A stretch of DNA of 64,000 nt from Marsupella aquatica (lineage: Eukaryota > Plantae > Marchantiophyta). Numbering within the stretch: position 1 is the first letter of the stretch; each line of letters begins with the position of its first letter. The DNA is taken from contig OZ316897.1 in the NCBI GenBank assembly GCA_973895155.1, positions 9,633,832 through 9,697,831 of the forward strand, read 5' to 3'. Under the pieces are notes generated by a model. The model searched no databases and was not told the origin of the DNA. It saw only the letters and a program-made list of their open reading frames with translations. A program made the translations under genes and the position numbers. Positions 27,064 through 37,548 of this stretch are shown here, one piece after another.

Positions 27064-27452
27064 TGTGAGAAGGCGCATGGTACTCTTTTCTTTTTTGGCT
27101 AGAGTTTGCCTAGTGGGACAAAAAATGGCTCGCAACAGTTTTGCCACATCATTTCACATTTTATAAAGATTCTCGACAAAAGATTGGATCATTGTGAGAA
27201 GGCACATGGTACTCTTTTCTTTTTTGGGCTAGAGTCGTGCCTAGTGGGCCAAAAAATGGCTCGCAACAATTTTGCCACATCATTTCATATTTTATAAAGA
27301 TTCTCGACAAAATATTGGATCATTGTGAGAAGGCATATGGTACTCTTTTCTTTTTTGGGCTAGAGTCGTGCCTAGTGGGCCAAGAAATGGCTCGCAACAG
27401 TTTTGCCACATCATTTCACATTTTATAAAGATTCTGGACAAAATATTGGGTC
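27064..27452. repeat. ~131-bp tandem repeat, 3 copies
   Basis: tgtgagaaggc..atggtactcttttctttttt...aaatggctcgcaaca...gacaaa occurs three times. Confidence 0.92.
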
Positions 27453-29618
27453 ATTTTGATGAAAAGATGCCACCTATGACAATGCGTTTAATAACCTTTT
27501 CTTTCATTGGGAGTATTATGAGAAATGAGGGGTCTTTTCCCTTAATGCCCTCACACATGGTTAATTTATTTATTATTCTGTCCCCTCACACCATATTGTT
27601 TGAAATTTGGCAAGTTCCAACCTGCTCTTGAGGAGTTTTTATTTGGTGTCTGTTTTTATGTGTTTTCTGTTTAATTGGGATAAAATATTTTGAGGTGAGA
27701 AGGATGATTTCTGTTTTATTGGGGGGGAGGGGGTTTGGGGGGGGGGGAATTGTTTAGGATAGCATTTTAACTATTTTTTAATTCTATTGTTTGTTCTACA
27801 GAGGAGAAAGCCACTTTTGTGTTTATTAAGTGTAACATCTTAGCTTCTCTGATTTATATATATATTTTATGGTTCCAAATGAAATCCACTTTAAACTATA
27901 GTGCAAACCTACACCCTAACCTCTGTCATTAAACTTAAAGAAAAACCAAAAATGTACCACTACAACTATACAAAACAATTGATGCCAAACATAGTAGAGT
28001 AAGTATGTGATCTTCAAACAAATTCTGAAATCCGTTATTACACTTCTTAAAATTCAACTACTCAGGATTGAAGAGGAGAAGCGGATGAAAAGTAGGATCC
28101 AAAAAGCAACGAGAAGAAATATTGGTGCCCTAAACCGGTCAGGTCATAACGAGCATCCTTCCCGCCGACCCGGTGATGAAATAACGGTCAGCCAAGTTCA
28201 TAAATAAGTGTGTAGTGGTGCCCTTAGTATGCTTAGTGTTGCCCTTTGTAACTTCCCAACATATAAACAGTCAAACAATTCACAGGGACATTTTGAATTT
28301 CACATTTAGTGTGCCACCGGGAACGAGATTGACTCCAAATTTCCTCTTGTTTTTGCTTGTAGATTGCAGACGATCTCGTTTTTGTATGTAGGCTACAGAC
28401 GATCATCAAGATCAAGAATGTGTGCTTGCAGAACGATTGCTTGTAGATTGTAGACGTTTACAAAACGATTGGTTGCAAAACATTCTTGCTTGTACATTGC
28501 ATACGACGATCGCCTATGTGTAATCAAATGACGACCACAGATTGGGATTGGGATTGTAGATTTTGTAGCAGTTCCCTGGGCTTTTTGTTTGTAATGTGGG
28601 TACAACCTTTCTCTTCGCTGCTTCTGCCCCTTCAATAACTTGTGTGACTTGGATATCTATTCCTAGTAACATTCTGGAAATGTGAACATAGTCCTTGTCA
28701 ACTATAGCACAGTTTGTGCTTCCTTTGTTGGAAAAGTTTTGCTGCCATTCAAACACAACCTTGCCTTCCTGAAATGTTTATCCGGATGAAACTTTGGTGA
28801 CAACTCAGCATATACAGTGTTCTAGAAGATCGTCTCTCAAGTACAAAGAGACATCGTTGGCAAAAATGACACAGCCAGCGATTCATTATTCACATTTGCC
28901 TCGGATCACCAAGAAGCTCGTAGCAACAATGTACAGGCATTGGCAATGGCAATTCCACGGGATCGCGTCTTGTAGATTGTATGGCTTTTTGATCCAATCC
29001 TCCTATTTCAGCTAAGGCAATCAAGAGCTATAAATCCTTATGCAAACCTCCCGCGGGATGAGAAGGCTATTATAATGGTGGCACCTTGTAGCAATTCCAA
29101 ATGCTGGGAAGGCCTTGTAAGTAGAATTTGATGGTTCAGATAACAATGGACAATCAAGGCAGGGGCAACATTCGAATGTGAGAAAACAAGCCTGACTAAC
29201 CTTAGCCAAAATGTAAAAATGCGGGGCTGGGTTTTTGGTAGGCAGTCGGGGAGAACCGAGGCATATTAATGAGTATATAGGGTTTAGTCCCTGTGAATCC
29301 TAAATGGCGGAAATATGGCAATCCGACATGACATTCTTGAGGCTCGCAAATTTGGAAGGTGAACACAGTGCCACTCTATGATGACGTTTGCCATCTCTAA
29401 CTCCAGCATGACATCAATTACCATGACATTAATACATATGGAATGTATGAGACGAGGTAAAAGGCAACAATATGCTAACGTTATAGAAATGACTTGATGC
29501 ACGACACACTTCCACTTTACTGAAATTGATAAAAGTGCCACAATGAAAAGTGATATTCCAAGGTAAAAAATGATGCCTCCTCCAACAACTCTACATCCTT
29601 GATGTCTACATCTCATCA

Positions 29619-30101
29619 CTATGGGGACTCTGGATAGTCAGAAATTGTTTTACGCCACTCATCCCATTCCTTCTTTGCTTTAGTACGCCTCTCTTGGACA
29701 TTCTTTCGAAGTTCGGCAATCTTGGACTCAACCATCCTCTCTTGGTAAGTAGCACACTCCTCTTTTGTGTATGTGGATGAACAACGGATTGGCTGATCCG
29801 GCTGCAACTTGAATGGCATGACATCAACTAGAGCAGAAGCCTCTTTACATGCATATATCCAATCCCATGCGATGATATGGTTGTGCTGCAAATGATACGC
29901 CAGCAGAAAATCTGTCTGTTCAAAGTAGCAAACTACTGTTTTCCAATCAGCTGCAACAATGTGAGTGGTCTCCTCAAAGATATGTTTCTCCCATTTCCCA
30001 CCACCAAGAGCCAGTGCATGCACACATTGCTCAAAAACTCTGTCCACTTTGCCATCGCTACTGAGTAAGATGGCACAAACACCTTCAAACATCTTAGCCA
30101 T
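29619..30101 (-). CDS. BRCT-domain-like protein with a charged coiled-coil tail (CACTA cargo)
   Basis: FEGVCAILL..LALGGGKW..TTHIVA..HIIAWDWIYACKEASALVDVMPFKL fits the BRCT pattern (GG, THhh, WhxxC). ATG-initiated 160-aa ORF. Confidence 0.6.
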   Translation of the reverse strand: MAKMFEGVCAILLSSDGKVDRVFEQCVHALALGGGKWEKHIFEETTHIVAADWKTVVCYFEQTDFLLAYHLQHNHIIAWDWIYACKEASALVDVMPFKLQPDQPIRCSSTYTKEECATYQERMVESKIAELRKNVQERRTKAKKEWDEWRKTISDYPESP

Positions 30102-31946
30102 TCCCTATTACAAAGTCGTTCCACTCAAGCCACCAGGAAGAATTGTTTGCAGTTCAATGTCTTTACAATTTCTGGTTCATAGTAAGTAAATTCCCCACAA
30201 AGGCAAAGAATGGTATGACAAGTGCTGCCCAAGATGACTCTAACTTAATGTCATCAGAAGACGTGACATGAAGGTATGTAAGTATGTTAAGGTGTTCTTT
30301 GAGAATGTACGTATTAAAATTTTATGTCATCTTTCAAAGCCTAAACTTAGCCCATAATGAATGTCCTCTCTCACAACCTAAACTTAGCTTGCAAATGTAG
30401 ATGTGCCTCCTTGCCCATTCCATGCCACTCCCACACCCCCACGACGTCCCTGAGAATTTGTACTTAGGTGAAAAAGCACACCAGTCCCTTGGCCTCGCTT
30501 CCGGCCAAAATGTCCAACTCCCTCACAAAAGATTTTATGGCAAGCAACATTGCCACCATTGATTGACCCCATACGGTTAATTAAAGATTGTTTGAGTATG
30601 GGCATGCACACTCCCCTCATTCCTTCGTTAGCGGGCTCTTCCTTGGTTCTCCATTTGTCAGGTTACCCTTGCCCATTCCTAAAAGAAAATTGTGCCCATT
30701 TTAAAAGACAACAAACTCCTGTAGCTGACTATTTAAACCCTAAACCAAGCAGCCAACCAGGCTGTTCAACACTACTAGTAAATTGATTAGAAGATATCTA
30801 GGATGGGTTCCCTCCTACTTGTTAAGTCTCCATCTTGCCACATGGTGAAATTGCATTAAACACCTTTCAGCCCCCCAACCAGCTTTCATCCCCTCTTAAT
30901 TCCCTATTGGCTACATGCACAATTGTTGGATCCTTTCCCCTCCTTTAATTAGATCACGGATCAAGGTACAGTCGCAACAACGCTGTATTTACGCTAACCA
31001 CTACCTTAAGGCGTCAATGAATGATTGTGGCCAGCTATACATAGGGTAGTCCATAGAAAAAATTGTGTTTTTACCACTTCACACAAGTGGAGTTTTAACA
31101 CGTGACAGACTATTTTGCAGTAAGGACATTGAGCTGGTAGGATAAGGACACCTTCCAGTTCACATAAACCCAATCATATCAAACCACATTCAATTGATAA
31201 GTCTTTCCTAAAGGTACTACAGCGTTGGAAGGACCAGTGTAGTCTTTCACTCATATTGTTATTTGGTTTGACTGAATCCATAACAGCGGAGCAGAGAGCA
31301 GAGCAGCCCACCTTGACAAAAGGTTTGTCCTTGGAGTTTTTATGTTTGCTCTTAGGTAGTCTATAGCTTTGAGTAGAACCTCTACGTACTTGTGCATAGC
31401 TTGGAATACAATGGAAATTAATTGCAAAAGTAAATTGCTAGCTTGGCTAAAGAGAATAACTTGGCTCCCAAATTGTCACCTAGACTACTCGTGAGGAAAG
31501 TCTACTGTCGCCTCAACATCGATAATATGAGGAAGGATTGTTTACCCTTGTCGGAAAACAAGGGTGAATTTTTTATGTGCAATGGAAGAAGATGGAACCA
31601 GGGTCGTGGCCTTGGTCATGGCTTGTAGTGAGCACAGAAAAAAAGACTGGCGTTATTGGACAATTCCTTTTATGAAGCCTTTCAAACAATTGATGATTGT
31701 TGGCAACAAGCATAAGAGTTCTCATGTTTGGAGGTAATTTTTGGGACTCTACACTTTGGTTTCATCATTGCAGTGCATCAGCCATGACTAACATTTTATT
31801 TTCTTATGCAGTCCCAACAGCATTGTTGGCAGGCAAAGGACCGCATTCAGTTCTTTTTTACATTCCAGCATGGATAATCTCAGGTTCATTTCATCTTTGC
31901 TTCATCAAGTTTTGTTGAATGTACTTAGCTTTTGATTAATGTTTTA

Positions 31947-32286
31947 TGTCACACCATTCTGAGTAGTGTAGTAGTATATCGTGCTATTAGAGTATGTACG
32001 TTTGGTATGAGTGCTATTGGAGCCGATAAGGTTCTGTCAGGTTTGTGTGAGAGGGTACTTCTCACTTGTGAGGCATTGAAAGGTCATCTTTCAATGTTGA
32101 GCCTTGGAGAGAGAGGAGCTTGAGGAGCTTGAGTGTGGCTGTGGTGACTGTGAGCTCCGCTTGTGTAACGTGGATTCCTTGAGTAGTGCAAGGTGCGTTG
32201 GCTTGACATACGTGTGTGATCGGATCAGTGCGGGATCGATGGGGTATTGTTGACCGGGATCGTTGCACCGATTGTATGGGAGATTA
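31947..32286 (+). repeat. Terminal repeat A1 (340 bp); second copy A2 at 41016-41355
   Basis: tgtcacaccattctgag...gtatgggagatta; four substitutions counted between A1 and A2. Confidence 0.95.
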
Positions 32287-32297
32287 CATTGAAAGAT
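32286..32297 (+). promoter_or_regulatory. Putative self-priming primer-binding site (Tf1/sushi type)
   Basis: ACATTGAAAGAT is the exact reverse complement of ATCTTTCAATGT at 32086-32097 inside A1. No TGG-type tRNA PBS follows the repeat. Confidence 0.65.
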
Positions 32298-32555
32298 CAC
32301 ATTCGAAATCTGTTGTACGGACTGTGCGGATAGAAGTTCGATTGATTGAGTTGTCGACGGTTCGTGGTAGCTCGGATCGTGTGTTGTTATCGAACAGATT
32401 GTTGGTATCTTGACCTGTATCGTTGTTGTTCGATCGGCCTGTTTCCTGATCGATGTACAGATCTGTGATTGGTGACAGGTTTTGAGTTGGAGGTCGATTG
32501 ATGATTCATGGAGGAAAGCGAATGTTGAGTAGATGTTGGACAGTGGAAGTCGATC

Positions 32556-32646
32556 CGTGAGGCTTCAGATCCGATTGCCGGCTACTGTGAGGCTTCAGAT
32601 CTGATTGTCGGCTACTGTGGGGCTTCAGATCTGATTGCCGGCTATT
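32556..32646 (+). repeat. 30-bp tandem repeat, 3 copies, in the retroelement leader
   Basis: gtg(a/g)ggcttcagatc(c/t)gattg(c/t)cggcta occurs three times. Confidence 0.9.
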
Positions 32647-32873
32647 GTTGGACGATGTTGGCAAGGCGCAGGTGAAGCGACGGCTCTTTTCCTGAAGGAA
32701 CGGAGCTGCCAATGCCCCGTGCGACGGTATCATCGTTTCAGTGAAAGAAACGAGGGTCAAAGGTGTTGAATCAAGCTGCTGCCAATTCTGCGTTTTTCAT
32801 GAAAGAAATCGACAGTTTTCGGGAGCTTTTCGTGAAGGAAGTAGTCGTTTTTGGGGTCAGGTGTGAGGCGCAT

Positions 32874-33070
32874 GAGGCCACCCATCCCGAAAGTGCTCCC
32901 AACCGCGAGCGCGAAGTCACCCATTGCGAGCGCAGGCAGGCGCGAGGTCGAGGTCACCCATCCCGGGGCTATTCCGGGCCGTGAGCGCGAGGGGAGGCAC
33001 AAGGTCGAGCGCGAGGAGGTCACCCATCCCAGGGCTATTCCTGGCCGCGAGCGCTTAACTGGCAAGTTCT
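32874..33070 (-). promoter_or_regulatory. 5S rRNA-derived Pol III internal control region: one full A-IE-C copy plus three partial copies
   Basis: Reverse complement of 33014-33070 is AGAACTTGCCAGTTAAGCGCTCGCGGCCAGGAATAGCCCTGGGATGGGTGACCTCCT. It aligns ungapped to plant 5S as recalled from memory (AGAACTCCGCAGTTAAGCGTGCTTGGGCGAGAGTAGTACTAGGATGGGTGACCTCCT), 43/57 identical. Confidence 0.85.
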
Positions 33071-33792
33071 CATCCCACCTTGTGTACACACAAGCTTTGA
33101 CAACTTGTTGTTTAGATTCAAGCGCCAGGGGGCTTTATACACTTCCCGGTTTGTTTAGAGGCCTATTTTAGGCCAAATCAGAGGCTGTTTTAGGGTTTTT
33201 GATACTTCTGAGTCCATCTAGACTCACAGATTGAACCAATTTTGCCTTGGTTCTCATCTACAACATTGGAGTGCCATTGTGAAGCCTATTATGAAGGCTC
33301 TTCCTTGAACCTTATGCACATTGTCATATTGATTTGCATTTGCTTTTGTGTGGAGAGTTGAATGGTATCCATTCTTGTTTCTGGATCCTCTTCACACATG
33401 TTTCCTGTTTATGCGCCATGTTAGTTTCGTGTGGGCGCTTGATTCCATAGGAGTGATCCGGGTTTGCAACTGGACATTCTAGTGTGCTGTGTATTTCTCT
33501 CTTGGTGATGTTGGAGTGATGCCCAACACACCATGGTGAGTGCTTGTGGTGCTGACAGGGATAGATTGCCCTTAGGGTTAGCACATAGATTAGGTTAGGG
33601 TTGGTCACCACGGATTCTTCTGGTGCTGCTGGATTACCCGATGAACGACGGACCGGTTTCACTCGGAGTGGGGCACAGTTTTGGCCAACGGCATTGGTAG
33701 CAGTCAGCAGTGCAGCTTCAGACAGTGATTTTGATGAGGACTCAGTGACCAGTTCTCCTCATCATCAGGTGGTTGCACCTTTGTTGTGGGAT

Positions 33793-36700
33793 ATGGACGA
33801 GATGTACGGGGCTACAAAGGGCCCATGACGATACTCTGGTGCAGTTGGCACAATTGATCTGGATGACTTCATCCAGGAGTTTGATACGTGGTGCGATATG
33901 CAGACATTGCGTAATGTCACGTTGTTTACCCCTTTCATGGCATGGAAGGGATTATTCCAGCATTTGGAGGGGTCACCCATGGATGACTACCATGAGTTTC
34001 GGAAGGCTCATTTGGTTGAGATTGAGGCATGGAGGCAGCATTGGTTGCCTAATTACGTGTCCATCACCTATGGCACTAGTGCGGCTGCCCAACCAATTAC
34101 CACAGCTGCTGCTTCTTCTAGTAGCACTAGCCAGAGTGGCACACCATCCACCAGCAGCACTCCAGCAGCATCCACCACTACTCCTGCCGGTGTGATTGTG
34201 ACAGGAACTGGAGTTGCGCCAGCATTTAATCCTGTGGTGGAATTCTTTGAGGTACTGAAGTAGAACTATCAGGGTGTGAGAACTGATAAGTTGAAGGGTC
34301 TTCAAGAGTTCCAACGCAAGACTGGAGAGAGCCTACGTGAGGCATACACACGTATGCGCAGATTGATCACTGTCACCAAGGGAGTGACAGAGGCTCAGGC
34401 AGTCCAGTTTTGGTATGCAATTCTGGACAGAGAATTGCGACGCAGAGTGAGAGATGTCACTCTACTTAGGGATGCAGATCCCACATTAGTAGTTGTTTTC
34501 ATCCTTTCTGAGCGCATTGAGCTCAATATGGTGAATGAGAAGGTGGTGACTTTCGGATTTGCCAAGGAAGCACCAAAGGCTGCATCTACATCCACACCAC
34601 AGCCTACTGCACGGAAGAGCCAGAGGGAGAAGCCTACTGCACGAGAGTCTACTAGCCAGAGACCTGTGCCCTCTTATGCTGGACAACAGTCAGGATGTTG
34701 GACCTGTGGTGGGGATCATGCACAGAGATATTGTCCAGATCATAGAGGATCAGGGGGAGCATCAGCGCCTGATCAGCGACAGTGTGATCACTGTGGAGCT
34801 CCTGGACACACCAAGGATAGGTGTTTCTCACTCCACCCTGAGTTACGGAGAGGAGGATCCCGTACACATGATCAGGGAAGAGGAGGAGGAGGTAGAGGTG
34901 GTGGACATGGTCGTGGCATGCCACATGCAGAGAGACAGGGAGGTGACGCTGCCCCTCCTATAACCATAGATCCAAAGGATGCTAAGATTGCTCAATTGGA
35001 GCAACAACTAGCTGCCATGGCTAGTTCCCAGGTGAGACCTAATTCTGGTGATGGGGCATCTACATCCTATGGACCTTCCACATCCCATGGTCCTTCCACA
35101 TCTTATGGAGCTGATGGAGACCTTGCCACCATGGGATTCATGTGTGGCACTGCACATATTGATGCATCAGCAGCTTTGACACGTGGGGCAGCCAAAGCTC
35201 TTGAGCCCCGAGGAGCAGTAATGGAGTTAGATCCACAAAGGGGGGATGCACGTCGGCAGACAAAGCTTCCTCAGTCTTTTACATTATCAGAGACAGTTCA
35301 GACTGCCTCTATGAACCCGGTTCGGACAAACCCTGATGTGGGTAAGTTGGCAGAATCAGGTAGTGATGCAGTAGGGATGACAGGTACCTTGCTGGGGGCG
35401 GCTACTGCCATAGTACGCACCCCATTATTTTCAGTGACAGACATGCTAAACTTGGGAGTTGGTCCTGCAGAAGTGTTCAGATTGGCAGCTACACTCTGTG
35501 AGGACACTCCAGTGGTTGCTTCCCATGCAGAAGCAACTTGCAGTGTTGATGCAGTGAAGACCATGCCACCTACTGCTACTAGTGAGACATGGCATGCAGC
35601 AGCAACGAGGTTGGTGGATTTACCAGCACACCCTGCATTTGAGAGGACTAGGTTTAAACCTAGTGTTGTGTCATTGGATAATCGGAGGGGTATCTTCCGA
35701 TTAGTTGGGCCTTGTGGAGCAGTATACCAGCCAGAGAGAGTGTTACTGGATACTGGTGCTCAGCCCTTGATGTTGGGGAAGTCTGCCATACGTGGATTGG
35801 GATTGCGTCCAGAGGATTTGGAGGATTGTCCCTTTCCCATTCAGACTTCATTGGGGGGACCTACACCTACACAGCATATCATCAGGAGACCACTTGATTT
35901 GAGGATTCAGGAAGGTCATACCACAGATAGCTCCCAGATACAGGCGCGAGCTATTCTGACTAAGGCAGAGTCATATGATGTGTTGGTGGGATGTACAGTG
36001 CTCTACCCCATGGGATTTATTCTTGATTTTTGGGAGGAATCAGTGTCATATAGACCTGATTGGCAGTCAGGAGATGCTCAATTGAGCAAATTGCCAGTGA
36101 GATTTAGTGGACCTGTGGGAGGCTCTAAATCCACACCATTGTCTTTGGCAGCATTCAGTGGTGTAATTGCTGGACCTGATGATTTGATTGAGGGTAATGC
36201 GCATGCAGCCGATGTTTCACCATTGGAGGAGTCTCATGAGGAGCACATCATGCGAGGGTTACCTATTGGCAGTGTTGTGCCACCAGTGTGGGGCACTACA
36301 CAAGCCTTGCCACAGGCAACAGCACGATTGGTACATGATGCATGGCGTCATGCTTTTACACCACAGTCAGGAGTAGAGCAGTCTCTTGCAGATGGACCAT
36401 TGGATACCACTCCTATTGCTTGGCAATATCCACCGGAGGGTATTTGTTTGTTGGATCTTTTTGGTGGGATTAGCACTGGATTGGCTGCTGTTCTTCAGGC
36501 AGGAATTCCTGTGCGTCGTTATTTGTATGTGGAGACAGATGAGACAGCACGGAGGGTCTCATTGCGACATGTGGCTATGTTGGTGGATAGATATCCATAG
36601 TTGCTACCAGTGGATGTTGTTCGTGGTTATCAGCATGCACTACCTGCTGATATTTCATTGCTGGGGGCGGATCATCTGTATCGTGTTGGCCCCATTGATT

Positions 36701-37548
36701 TGGTGATTGCTGGTTGGCCATGTCAGGGCCAATCTAGAGCTGGCGTTGGGCATGGACTTCATGATCCACGCTCTGCATTGTTTTGGGAGATGTTACGGGT
36801 GCTACGTCATCTCTAGCTACATCAGACACAGTCTCCAGCATACATTTTGGAGAATATGCCATTGTTAGGTGATGATCGTAGTCGGATTGTTGCTAGTGTT
36901 CACCAGGTGAGGTCATGGATTGCACCTGCTATGTTATTGGATGCTGCACGTGTGGGTTCTCGTGCACATCGTCCACGCTTGTGGTGGACTAATTTGATCC
37001 CATGTGAGGTGCTGAAGCGTGCATTTGACAGCATTCCACGCTCACCAGCCTTAGTGGTGGATAATATTTTGGATCCAGGGCGTCGTGCACAGGGTGTGAC
37101 CCAACCTGATAGACCTCCATTGGCAATGGTCAATTCAGTTGGGTGCCCACGTTGTGCATTACCCACTCTTGTCAGCCACTCTACTTCATATGCATTCAGA
37201 GCAGGTGGCCCTGGACTTGTATGGGACACAGCTCTCCAGCAGTTAGTGGAGCCTACAGCTGATGAGAGAGAGCAAGCTATGAGATTTTTGACTGGCACCA
37301 CTGCAGTTGCCTCTGTGTCAGAGGGTTTGCGGCGCCAGGTTCTTGGTCAAGCAATGGATTTGAATTGTTTGACTTGGATTATTAGCTTAGGAGTAGCTGA
37401 ACAGTTGTGGATGCGCTTTGCTGGAATTACTGATTGTCCCTTGGTGAGCTTGCGGTCCACTGAGACAGTATTGACCACAGCTGGGGGCGAGCAGACAGTC
37501 CATGGACCTATGGCAGGATTGGCCAAGGCTGGACAAATTGTTGAGTAG
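33793..37548 (+). pseudogene. Retroelement ORF1: Gag (two Zn knuckles) - aspartic protease - C5 cytosine methyltransferase, with four in-frame stops
   Basis: ORFs 33601, 33898, 34276, 36601 and 36847 share one frame. Motifs: QEFQRKTGESLREAYTRM, CWTCGGDHAQRYC, CDHCGAPGHTKDRC, VLLDTGA. Stops at 33826, 34261, 36598, 36814. Confidence 0.9.
36439..37380 (+). pseudogene. DNMT3-like DNA (cytosine-5)-methyltransferase domain inside the polyprotein
   Basis: Motifs in canonical order: I LLDLFGGISTG, II YLYVETD, IV DLVIAGWPCQG (catalytic PC at 36718-36723), VI YILENM, VIII RAHRPRLWWTN, IX EPTADEREQAM, X RRQVLGQAMD. Confidence 0.9.

Noticed and set aside
28233-29619. Minus-strand ORF fragments downstream of the BRCT-like ORF as a Ulp1 protease, common CACTA cargo
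   Set aside because: No His-Asp-Cys catalytic motifs (HW, QxxxxDCG) could be found; left unassigned.
32403-32414. tRNA-Met PBS (TGGTATC)
   Set aside because: Only 7 nt match TGGTATCAGAGC and it lies ~115 bp from the repeat end; the adjacent self-complementary site fits better.
33014-33070. Functional 5S rRNA gene
   Set aside because: Only the internal ~57 nt match; the 5' and 3' helix arms and a nearby oligo-T terminator are missing.
36439-37380. Bacterial restriction-modification methylase or contamination
   Set aside because: It is in frame with gag and protease inside a plant retroelement, with no cognate nuclease.
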